Shown here piece by piece: positions 33,234-41,171 of a stretch of 64,000 nt of DNA. Position numbers and translations under genes: made by a program. Source of the DNA: Acidobacteriota bacterium. Its GTDB lineage: Bacteria; Acidobacteriota; Vicinamibacteria; Vicinamibacterales; UBA2999. The notes beneath the pieces were generated by a model. That model searched no databases and had not been told where the DNA came from. It saw only the letters and a list, made by a program, of their open reading frames with translations. The stretch covers positions 28,872 to 92,871 of the forward strand of contig JAGNJW010000011.1 of the NCBI GenBank assembly GCA_018000455.1. The letters run 5' to 3'. How positions within the stretch are numbered: position 1 is the first letter of the stretch; every line of letters begins with the position of its first letter.

Positions 33234-34988
33234 ATGTCGCGACGCCTCGTCCCTGCCCTCGTGCTCGCCGCGCTGGCCAGCCCCGCCATCGCCACCCTCA
33301 ATGCCGGGCAACCCGCCTCCGCGGCCGGCCCGCTGCACTTCGAGGTGACGTACCCGGCGCTTCGGAGCGAGACGCCGCTCACCGGCCGCCTGCTCCTCAT
33401 CCTCTCGACGCGCAAGGACGGCGAGCCGCGCTTCCACGTGAGCGACGGCCCGACGGGCCAACCCGTGTTCGGGCTGGATCTGGAAGGCTGGCCGGGCGGC
33501 GCGCCGGCCAGCGTGACCGGGCCCACGATCGGGTTTCCGGTGCAGCGGCTCTCCGAGATCCCAGCCGGCACCTACCGCGTGCAGGCGCTCTTCCACCGCT
33601 ACGAGACCTTCCGGCGCAGCGACGGCAAGACGGTGCAGTTGCCGATGGACCGCGGCGAGGGGCAGCAGTGGAACCAGGCGCCCGGCAATCTCTACTCGAC
33701 GCCGCGCGAGGTGACGATCGATCCGGTGACGAGCGGCGCCGTCAACATCCTGCTCGATCAGATCATCCCGGAGATCGCCCCGCCAAAAGACACGAAGTAC
33801 ATCAAGCACGAGCGCATCGAGAGCGCGCTCCTGACGAAGTTCTGGGGCCGGCCGATGCACCTCGGGGCCAACGTGCTCCTGCCGGAAGGGTGGGACACGC
33901 ATCCAAACGCCAAGTACCCGCTCTTCATCTACCACGGGCACTTCCCCGCCACCTTCACCGGCTTTCGCGAGACGCCGCCGGATCCGGACCTGAAGCCGGA
34001 CTTCTCGGCCCGCTTCAACCTCACGGGCTACAACCGCATCCAGCAGCAGTACGCCCACCAGTTCTACAAGGACTGGACCGGCCCCAACTTCCCGCGCGCG
34101 ATCGTCATCGAGATCCAGCACGCCAACCCCTTCTATGACGATTCGTACGCCGTCAACTCGGCCAACCTCGGCCCGTATGGCGACGCCATCGTGCAGGAGC
34201 TGATTCCCTACATCGAGAAGAAGTACCGCGGCCTCGGCGAGGGCTGGGCGCGCTTCATGTACGGCGGCTCGACCGGCGGGTGGGAAGCGATGGCGGCGCA
34301 GGTCTTCTATCCGGAGGTCTTCAACGGCGCCTACGTCGCCTGCCCCGACCCGATCGACTTCCGCGCCTTCACGACGGTGAATCTCTACGAGGACAAGAAC
34401 GCTTTCTGGCTCGACGACACCTTTAAGCAGACGCCCCGGCCCGGCCACCGCAACTCGCTCGGCCACGTCGATTCGATGGTGTGGGAGCAGAACCGCCTCG
34501 AGCTCGTGCTGGGCGGCAAGACGCGCTCCGGCCAGCAGTTCGACGTCTGGGAGGCGGTCTACAGCCCGGTCGGCGACGACGGCTATCCGGCGCGGATCTT
34601 CGACAAGGCGTCTGGCATCATCAACCGCCAGGTCGCCGAATACTGGCGCGACAACTACGACCTCACCCACTTCCTCCAGCGCGACTGGGGGAAGGGCCTC
34701 GGCAAGAAGCTCGAGGGCAAGCTGCACATCTACGTCGGCGACATGGACAACTACTACTTGAACAACGCCGTCTACCTGACCGAGCAGTTCCTCGAGTCGA
34801 CGAAGAACCCGTACTACAACGGCGAGGTGGCCTACGGCGACCGCGCCGAGCATTGCTGGAACGGCGATCCCACGCGCGAGAACGCTTACTCGCGTCTGCG
34901 CTATCACCAGATGTACATCCCCAAGGGCGTCGAGCGGATGCTGAAGACGGCGCCGAAGGGCGCGGACCTCACGAGCTGGCGGTACTGA
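33234..34988 (+). CDS. Secreted esterase-family alpha/beta hydrolase (putative esterase/enterochelin-esterase-like)
   Basis: Signal peptide MSRRLVPALVLAALASPAIA. The nucleophile-elbow-like motif is FMYGGSTGGWEAMA. The family call rests on overall pattern only. Confidence 0.6.
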   Translation: MSRRLVPALVLAALASPAIATLNAGQPASAAGPLHFEVTYPALRSETPLTGRLLLILSTRKDGEPRFHVSDGPTGQPVFGLDLEGWPGGAPASVTGPTIGFPVQRLSEIPAGTYRVQALFHRYETFRRSDGKTVQLPMDRGEGQQWNQAPGNLYSTPREVTIDPVTSGAVNILLDQIIPEIAPPKDTKYIKHERIESALLTKFWGRPMHLGANVLLPEGWDTHPNAKYPLFIYHGHFPATFTGFRETPPDPDLKPDFSARFNLTGYNRIQQQYAHQFYKDWTGPNFPRAIVIEIQHANPFYDDSYAVNSANLGPYGDAIVQELIPYIEKKYRGLGEGWARFMYGGSTGGWEAMAAQVFYPEVFNGAYVACPDPIDFRAFTTVNLYEDKNAFWLDDTFKQTPRPGHRNSLGHVDSMVWEQNRLELVLGGKTRSGQQFDVWEAVYSPVGDDGYPARIFDKASGIINRQVAEYWRDNYDLTHFLQRDWGKGLGKKLEGKLHIYVGDMDNYYLNNAVYLTEQFLESTKNPYYNGEVAYGDRAEHCWNGDPTRENAYSRLRYHQMYIPKGVERMLKTAPKGADLTSWRY

Positions 34989-35088
34989 GCTGCTGCACAC
35001 AGGCATCGCGGGCCGGAGAGCGACTCGCACACCGCGCGCGTGGCACCCGGCTGGCGACCTGGGGCTGGCGGCTGACGCCTGGGCTGAG

Positions 35089-35094
35089 TAGGAT
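35089..35094 (+). promoter_or_regulatory. -10-like hexamer TAGGAT, 6 nt before ATG 35101 (leaderless-type)
   Basis: gagTAGGATggcagtATG. Confidence 0.3.
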
Positions 35095-35100
35095 GGCAGT

Positions 35101-35886
35101 ATGAGACTCGCGCCCGCTGCCTTGTTCGCGCTCGCGCTCGCCGCCCCCGCCGGCGCCCAGGGACCGGCCACGCCGGCGTCCGCCCCGCAGAGGTCAGGCG
35201 CCGGCGCCCAAGCCACGGCCGTGCTCACGATCACGGTCACGGAGGCCACAGGAGCCGTCCTTCCCGACGTCACGGTGACGGCCGTCGGGCCGGTGACCCG
35301 CGAGGGCATCACGACCGCTGCCGGTCAAGTGCGCCTGCTCGGCATCCGCGCCGGTACCTATCGCCTGCGCTTCGAGCGCGAGGGCTTCACGACCTTCGAG
35401 AAGGAAGTGAGCTGGCGCGCCGGCACGCCGGCGCCGAGAACCGAGGCCACGCTGACGGCCTCGGCGCCGCCGCCCGAGCCGCCACCACCGCCGCCGCCAC
35501 CACCCGCACCGGCAGCGCCCACCTACGTGCCCGACCTGCCGGCAGGCCAACCCGCCAATGTGTCGGTGCCCGACTACATCGAGCGCAACCACATCACCAC
35601 CAAGGATCCGCACAAAGAGAACCTGATCGGCTGTAGTGGCGGCGCGCAGACATGGCTGTGGCAGGTGCGCGAGCCGTGGCAGGGTCGCGTGCACGAGGCG
35701 GCGGAGCTGATGCTCTACGTCGTGGGGGGCGAAGGCACCATTTCGCTCGACGGTCGCGAGATCTCGGCCGAGGCCGGCACCCTGTTCGTGATTCCGCGGG
35801 GCACCACCTACGGCGTCGTGAAAAGGGGCCGTGCGCCGGCGATGTACTTGCTCGCAACGCTCTCCGGGCCGCCCTGCCCGCAGTAA
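35101..35886 (+). CDS. Secreted carboxypeptidase-regulatory-like domain - polyproline linker - cupin fusion protein
   Basis: Signal peptide. TITVTEATGAVLPDVTVTAVG..AGTYRLRFEREGFTTFEKEV (CarboxypepD_reg-like). PPPEPPPPPPPPPAPAAP linker. C-terminal cupin-like LMLYVVGGEGTISLDGRE..LFVIPRGTTY. Confidence 0.6.
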   Translation: MRLAPAALFALALAAPAGAQGPATPASAPQRSGAGAQATAVLTITVTEATGAVLPDVTVTAVGPVTREGITTAAGQVRLLGIRAGTYRLRFEREGFTTFEKEVSWRAGTPAPRTEATLTASAPPPEPPPPPPPPPAPAAPTYVPDLPAGQPANVSVPDYIERNHITTKDPHKENLIGCSGGAQTWLWQVREPWQGRVHEAAELMLYVVGGEGTISLDGREISAEAGTLFVIPRGTTYGVVKRGRAPAMYLLATLSGPPCPQ

Positions 35887-35892
35887 GACATC

Positions 35893-37611
35893 ATGTCCAG
35901 TCCTGATGACCGCGCCCCTGCCGCGGCCGCCGAGAGTCCCACTCCGTCGCTGGACTTCATCCGCGAGATCGTAGCCGCCGATGTGGCGGCCGGCGCCACC
36001 GTGGTGACCCGGTTTCCGCCCGAACCCAACGGCTACCTGCATATTGGCCACGCCAAGGCGATCTGCCTGGATTTCGGCGTCGCGGCCGAATACGGCGGCT
36101 CGTGCAACCTGCGCTTCGACGACACCAACCCGGTCAAGGAAGACGTCGAGTACGTGGACTCGATCAAGGCCGACGTCCACTGGCTGGGCTTCGACTGGGC
36201 CGGCCGCGAGTTCTACGCCTCCGACTACTACGAGCGTTTCTACCAGGATGCCGAGGGCCTCGTCCTGCGCGGCATGGCCTACGTCGACTCGCACTCGGCC
36301 GACGAGATCCGCGCCCACCGCGGCACGCTGACCGAACCGGGTACCGACTCGCCGTACCGCACGCGGCCGGTCGAGGAGAGCCTGACACTCTTCCGCCGCA
36401 TGCGCGCCGGCGAGTTCGCCGACGGCACGCATGTGCTGCGGGCGAAGATCGACATGACGTCGCCGAACATCAACCTGCGCGATCCGGTGCTCTACCGGAT
36501 CCGCCACGCCGAGCACCATCGCACCGGCAACCTGTGGTGCATCTATCCGATGTACGACTTCGCGCATCCGCTGTCGGATGCCTATGAGGGCGTCACGCAT
36601 TCGCTCTGCACGCTCGAGTACGAGGCGCACCGGCCGCTCTACGACTGGGTCGTGCGCGAGTGCCAGGCCGCGCATACGCCGCGCCAGATCGAGTTCGCGC
36701 GGCTCAACCTGAACTACACGGTGATGAGCAAGCGCAGGCTCCTGCAGCTGGTGGCGCAGCAGCACGTCTCCGGCTGGGACGACCCGCGGATGCCGACCAT
36801 CTCCGGCCTGCGGCGCCGCGGCTACACGCCCGAGTCGATCCGCGACTTCTGCGGCCGTGTTGGCGTGGCCAAGAAGGAGAACGTCATCGACGTCGGCCTG
36901 CTCGAGCACTGCGTGCGCGAGGATCTCAACAAGCGCGCGCCGCGGGCCATGGCGGTGCTGTCGCCGCTCAAGATCGTCCTCACCAACTATCCCGAGGAAC
37001 AGCGCGAGACGCTGGCCGTCGTCAACAATCCGGAAGACGCGTCGGCGGGCACCAGGGACGTCGCGTTCTCGCGCGAGCTCTACATCGAGCGCGACGACTT
37101 CATGGAAGGTCCGCCGAAGAAGTTCTTCCGGCTGGCGCCTGGACGTGAGGTGCGCCTGCGCAACGCCTATCTCATCACCTGCCAGGAGGCGGTGAAGAAC
37201 GGCGCCGGCGAGGTGGTCGAGCTGCGCTGCACATACGATCCGGCCACGCGCGGCGGTGATGCGCCCGACGGCCGCAAGGTGAAGGCCACGCTGCACTGGG
37301 TGTCGGCGGTCCATGCGGTGGATGGTGAAGTGCGGCTCTACGACCGCCTGTTCACGGCCGAGAGTCCGGACTCGGCTGCCGAGAAATCAGGGGGAACCTT
37401 CCTCGACCTGCTGAATCCGGCCAGCCTCGAGGTGCTGCAGGGCTGCAAGCTCGAGCCGATGCTCGGCACGGTGCCGGCGGGCACGCGGGTGCAGTTCGAG
37501 CGCCTCGGCTACTTCGCGGCAGATCCCGACACGGCGCCGGGTGCGCCTGTCTTCAACCGCACCGTGTCACTCAAGGACACCTGGGCCAAGGTGGCCGCCC
37601 GCGGCGTCTAG
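35893..37611 (+). CDS. glnS: Glutamine--tRNA ligase
   Basis: [16 protein letters not shown] (HIGH), NLRFDDTNP and TVMSKRRL (KMSKS-type). Confidence 0.9.
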   Translation: MSSPDDRAPAAAAESPTPSLDFIREIVAADVAAGATVVTRFPPEPNGYLHIGHAKAICLDFGVAAEYGGSCNLRFDDTNPVKEDVEYVDSIKADVHWLGFDWAGREFYASDYYERFYQDAEGLVLRGMAYVDSHSADEIRAHRGTLTEPGTDSPYRTRPVEESLTLFRRMRAGEFADGTHVLRAKIDMTSPNINLRDPVLYRIRHAEHHRTGNLWCIYPMYDFAHPLSDAYEGVTHSLCTLEYEAHRPLYDWVVRECQAAHTPRQIEFARLNLNYTVMSKRRLLQLVAQQHVSGWDDPRMPTISGLRRRGYTPESIRDFCGRVGVAKKENVIDVGLLEHCVREDLNKRAPRAMAVLSPLKIVLTNYPEEQRETLAVVNNPEDASAGTRDVAFSRELYIERDDFMEGPPKKFFRLAPGREVRLRNAYLITCQEAVKNGAGEVVELRCTYDPATRGGDAPDGRKVKATLHWVSAVHAVDGEVRLYDRLFTAESPDSAAEKSGGTFLDLLNPASLEVLQGCKLEPMLGTVPAGTRVQFERLGYFAADPDTAPGAPVFNRTVSLKDTWAKVAARGV

Positions 37612-37695
37612 CCTGGCCGCGGCTTGGGGTCGAGCCGCGATGCCGCGGGGACGGCGTTACGCAGTCCGATCGACGGCTCCGCTTCGCGCGTCGGT

Positions 37696-37786
37696 CACTC
37701 GCACCTCCCGGCGACCTGCGCCAGTACGAGCACTTAGGGGCCCCCCAGCCCCTCCCGTAGTGACGCCCGCACTCCCGGTGCGAGTG
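37696..37786. other. Nested inverted-repeat element in the convergent intergenic spacer
   Basis: The 10 bp perfect arms CACTCGCACC (37696-37705) and GGTGCGAGTG (37777-37786) enclose an inner hairpin AGGGGC-ccccca-GCCCCT (37736-37753). Confidence 0.3.
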
Positions 37787-37896
37787 TCGGATCCATACGC
37801 GCCGCGCTCAGAGTCGCCGCCGACCGGACCGCGTCACGCCGCCCGGCGCTGGTGTAGCGGCGCCCGTCGGGGGTACGAACGACGAGGAAGGTCCGC

Positions 37897-38379
37897 CTAC
37901 GGGTTTGTGACGGCGACGTCGACCAGTTCAGCCTCGAGCACGGTCGCGACCTCGCGCGGGTCGACAACGACGAGGAAGCCGCGACGTCCGCCGTTGAGGT
38001 AGATGCGGTTGAGATCGACGATTGTCCGTTGCATGTAGACCGGCAGCGGCTTGCGCGTGCCGAACGGCGACGTGCCCCCCACCTGATAGCCGGTGTGCCG
38101 CTCGGCCACCTCTGGCGCGCACGGCCGGACCAGCTTGCGGCCGATCTGTCGCGCCAGGTTCTTGGTCGAGACCTCGCGATCACCGTGCATCAGGATGATG
38201 AGTGGCGCCTTCGTCTCGTCCTCCATGACGAGCGTCTTGACGACATGATGCTCGTCGATGCCGAGTTCGCGCGCCGACACCTTCGTGCCGCCCTTCGGTT
38301 CGTAGCGGTACTCGTGCTCGGTGAAGGCCACGCCGTGACGGCGCAACGCGTGCACCGCCGGGGTGGCGCCGGCGGCCAT
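37897..38379 (-). CDS. ybaK: Cys-tRNA(Pro)/Cys-tRNA(Cys) deacylase YbaK
   Basis: TPAVHALRRHGVAFTEHEY..HVVKTLVM..GYQVGGTSPFG matches the YbaK/EbsC pattern. Confidence 0.8.
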   Translation of the reverse strand: MAAGATPAVHALRRHGVAFTEHEYRYEPKGGTKVSARELGIDEHHVVKTLVMEDETKAPLIILMHGDREVSTKNLARQIGRKLVRPCAPEVAERHTGYQVGGTSPFGTRKPLPVYMQRTIVDLNRIYLNGGRRGFLVVVDPREVATVLEAELVDVAVTNP

Positions 38380-38380
38380 C

Positions 38381-38874
38381 TCAGGCGAGCGCCGGTGCGC
38401 GCTCGTGCCAGCGCATCCGGTCCTGATACGCCTTGGCGAGCGCCAGCAGCGCCAGCTCGCGATACGGCGGTGCGTAGAAGACGACGCTCGTCGGCGTGCC
38501 GCCCTCGGCGAGGCCGGCGTTCCAGTTGAACGGCAGGTCGGTCACGCTCCTGTCGCGGCCGTCGGGCCTGGCAATCGCCTGCATCACGAGCGTACAGTCC
38601 TCCGCGTAGCTGCAGAAGGGCCCGAGCCGGCCCTGCGTCCACGACAGCGCCATGGCGCCGTGGCGGCTGACCCGGCCGAACGTCGGCCGGAGCCCGAGAC
38701 CACCGGACTGAAATGGTCGGGCGGCGAGACATCGGTCCCCATCTGAAGGGTGACGCGGTCGGCTCCTCGGTCCTGCACCTTCGCCCACAGCACGCCTGGC
38801 GCCAGCGTGCTCGATAGCCGTGCCGCCGCGAGGTGGGCGATGAAACGTCGCCGGGTGTCGTCGCTCTGTGCCAC
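38381..38874 (-). pseudogene. Eroded amidase-signature-family gene (Tat signal plus two colinear fragments, frameshifted)
   Basis: The frame from GTG 38874 gives VAQSDDTRRRFIAHLAAARLSSTLAPGVLWA..TLQMGTDV. The adjacent frame (track ORF 38381..38788) gives ..GGLGLRPTFGRVSRHGAMALSWTQGRLGPF..CTLVMQAIARPDGRD.. then ..TPTSVVFYAPPYRELALLALAKAYQDRMRWHERAP. These resemble the amidase GLKPT.GRVSR.G region and the C-terminal tail. The total is under 170 codons, against about 450-500 aa for intact amidase-signature enzymes. Confidence 0.55.
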
Positions 38875-38881
38875 GGCGGGG

Positions 38882-38904
38882 ATTATAGACGGCGGACGTA
38901 TCAT
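38882..38904. promoter_or_regulatory. Back-to-back divergent -10 hexamers (TATAAT on the minus strand, TATCAT on the plus strand), both leaderless-type
   Basis: The minus TATAAT at 38882..38887 is 7 nt from GTG 38874. The plus TATCAT at 38899..38904 is 6 nt from ATG 38911. Confidence 0.4.
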
Positions 38905-38910
38905 CACGGG

Positions 38911-40542
38911 ATGCGACACGCGATCGTTCTCATGCTGGCGGCCACATCGGCGATGGTCGCGACGCTGCCGGCCATGGCCCAGCCGCCGGCCGGCGCGCAC
39001 TTGCCACCGCTCGACCGCGTGCTGCCGCCGCGCGCCGAGACGATCTACCAGGCGGTGGCCCCCCGCATCGACACCAGCACGGCGATGGACATCGTGACCG
39101 CTATCGCGCCGCTCTGGCGCCTGGCTGGCAACCCCGAGTTCGACCGGTCGCTGGAGCTCATCGCGGCCAGGCTCGACGCGGCCGGCATCGCGACCCGCTA
39201 CGACACGATTCCCTCGACCAGCCAGGGCTGGGAGATGCGCGACGCGGTACTCAGGCTCGATGGGCCCGAGGGCGAAGTGGTGCTGTCGCGTGAGCAGGAC
39301 CGCGTTCCGCTGGCCATCAACTCGTTCGCCACGCCGCCTGGAGGCACCTCCGCACGCCTCGTCGACGTGGGCCGCGGTACCGAGGCTCGACACTACGAGG
39401 CCACCGATGTCGCCGGCGCGGTCGTGCTGGCCGATGGTCCGATCGGTACCGTGTGGACCGAGGCGGTGAAGGTCCGTGGGGCCGCGGGCGTCATCTCGAC
39501 CCAGATCGCCGCCTACACGCAGCCAGACACCACGCCCGACGTGCTGCAGTGGGGATCGATTCCTTACGCGGCTGAGCGGCCGTCGTTTGGTTTCAAGGCG
39601 ACGCCGCGCGCAGCCCGGCGACTGCGGGCACGTCTTGCGGCCGGCGCCGTCACCGTCCACGTCACCGCCGACACGGTTTTCCATCGCCGTCTTGTGCGGA
39701 CGCTCGTGGCGGAGTTCCCGGGCACGCGCTGGCCCGACGATCGCGTCGTGCTCGTGGCCCACGTGCAGGAACCCGGCGCCAACGACAACGCCAGCGGTAG
39801 CGGCACGCTGCTGGCCGCCGCCCTGGCGCTCCAGGCCGCCCTCGTCGATGGCGCGCTGCCGCGTCCGGCCCGCACGCTCACGCTGCTGTGGGGCGATGAG
39901 AACCGCGCCAGCGATGCGTGGATTGCCGAAGACGCCGACCGCGTCTCACGCGTGCTGGCGATGATGTCGCTCGACATGACGGGCGAGGACACGACCAAGA
40001 CGGGTGGCACCTTCCTCATCGAGAAGGGCCCCGATCCCACGGCGGTCTGGGAACGTCCCACCGACCCGCACACGCAATGGGGTGCCAGCGAGGTCGAGGG
40101 CGCGCTCGTCAAGGGCAGCTTCCTCAACGACCTGCACCTGGCCGTCGCGCTCAGGCGGGCGCGTGACACCGGCTGGGTCGTGCGCACGAATCCCTACGAG
40201 GGCGGCAGCGATCACACGTCGTTCACCAAGGCGGGCGTGCCGGCGCTCCTCAACTGGCACTTCACCGATCGCTACTACCACACCAACCTCGACACGATCG
40301 ACAAGGTCAGCCCGGCGGCGATGGGCCACGTCGCCACCGTCGTGGCCACGACGGCCATGTTCCTCGCCTCGGCCATCGAGAGCGACGTCGTGCCGCTGCA
40401 GGCCCTCCTCACGACGGCGCGCGACGCCCGGCTGGCCGCGGAGCGTCAGCTGGCCGCCTCGGCCGACATTCTCGACGCCTGGACCACCTGGTACGCCGAA
40501 GCACTCACGAGCGCGGGCCGTGTCGGCCAGTCGGCGCGCTAG
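38911..40542 (+). CDS. M28-family secreted aminopeptidase
   Basis: Start at MRHAIVLMLAATSAMVATLPAMAQ. Motifs HVQEPGANDNASGSG, SLDMTG and EGGSDHTSF. Confidence 0.8.
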   Translation: MRHAIVLMLAATSAMVATLPAMAQPPAGAHLPPLDRVLPPRAETIYQAVAPRIDTSTAMDIVTAIAPLWRLAGNPEFDRSLELIAARLDAAGIATRYDTIPSTSQGWEMRDAVLRLDGPEGEVVLSREQDRVPLAINSFATPPGGTSARLVDVGRGTEARHYEATDVAGAVVLADGPIGTVWTEAVKVRGAAGVISTQIAAYTQPDTTPDVLQWGSIPYAAERPSFGFKATPRAARRLRARLAAGAVTVHVTADTVFHRRLVRTLVAEFPGTRWPDDRVVLVAHVQEPGANDNASGSGTLLAAALALQAALVDGALPRPARTLTLLWGDENRASDAWIAEDADRVSRVLAMMSLDMTGEDTTKTGGTFLIEKGPDPTAVWERPTDPHTQWGASEVEGALVKGSFLNDLHLAVALRRARDTGWVVRTNPYEGGSDHTSFTKAGVPALLNWHFTDRYYHTNLDTIDKVSPAAMGHVATVVATTAMFLASAIESDVVPLQALLTTARDARLAAERQLAASADILDAWTTWYAEALTSAGRVGQSAR

Positions 40543-40556
40543 CGTCTCCCAGCCGA

Positions 40557-41171
40557 CTAGTCGCGTGGCACCGAGGCATCGCCCGGTGTTTCTGGCTGCG
40601 CCATCGCCTGACTGAGCCACGCCTCGGCGGCACGCTGTCCACGGCTGATGGTGGCCGGCGAGACGCCGAGCAGGTCGGCCACTTCCTCAATCGTCAGGCC
40701 GCCGAAGTAGCGCAACTCGATGAGCTGGGCCTGCCGTGCGTCGACGCGTCCGAGCTCGGTCAGGGCCTGATCGAGCACCAGCAGGTCGAACGTGCGGTCG
40801 TGGGAGGCCACCATCCCCTCTTCGAGCACGTCCACCGGCGCGCCGCCGCCGCGCTTGGCGGCCTGGGTGCTGCGCGCGTGATCGACGAGGATGCGCCGCA
40901 TCACCTGCGCCGCCAGGCCGAAGAACTGCTTGCGGTGCTCGAAGTTGACGCGGTCTTGACGCACCAGGCGCATCCAGGCCTCGTGCACGAGCGCCGTCGG
41001 CTGCAGCGTGTGGCCGCCGCGCTCACGTCGCAGCAGACCCTGGGCCGTCTTGCGCAGTTCTCCGTAGACGAGCGGCATCAGCGCGTCGAGGGCATCGCCG
41101 TCGCCGTCGGTCCACCGCACGAGCAGGGCCGTCACCCGATCGGGCGTGGGTGGGGGTGTCTCGTCGTCCAT
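40557..41171 (-). CDS. ECF sigma factor of the Ser/Thr-kinase-associated type (ECF43-like / TIGR02999-like signature)
   Basis: The start MDDETPPPTPDRVTALLVRWTDGDGDALDALMPLVYGELRKTAQGLLRRERGGHTLQPTALVHEAWMRLV matches my memory of that family. Region 4: IELRYFGGLTIEEVADLLGVSPATISRGQRAAEAWL. The ATG overlaps the kinase stop. Confidence 0.8.
   Translation of the reverse strand: MDDETPPPTPDRVTALLVRWTDGDGDALDALMPLVYGELRKTAQGLLRRERGGHTLQPTALVHEAWMRLVRQDRVNFEHRKQFFGLAAQVMRRILVDHARSTQAAKRGGGAPVDVLEEGMVASHDRTFDLLVLDQALTELGRVDARQAQLIELRYFGGLTIEEVADLLGVSPATISRGQRAAEAWLSQAMAQPETPGDASVPRD

Noticed and set aside
35461-35520. A ccgccgcc/ccacca-rich tract that looks like a simple-sequence repeat.
   Set aside because: It is in frame and encodes the polyproline linker of the 35101..35886 protein. 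It is not a regulatory or hypervariable microsatellite as far as the sequence shows.
10282-38379. Apparent clustering of tRNA-related genes (gluQ, glnS, ybaK) as a possible functional island.
   Set aside because: The genes are separated by 25 kb of unrelated genes, lie on different strands and share no operon. I judged this coincidental.
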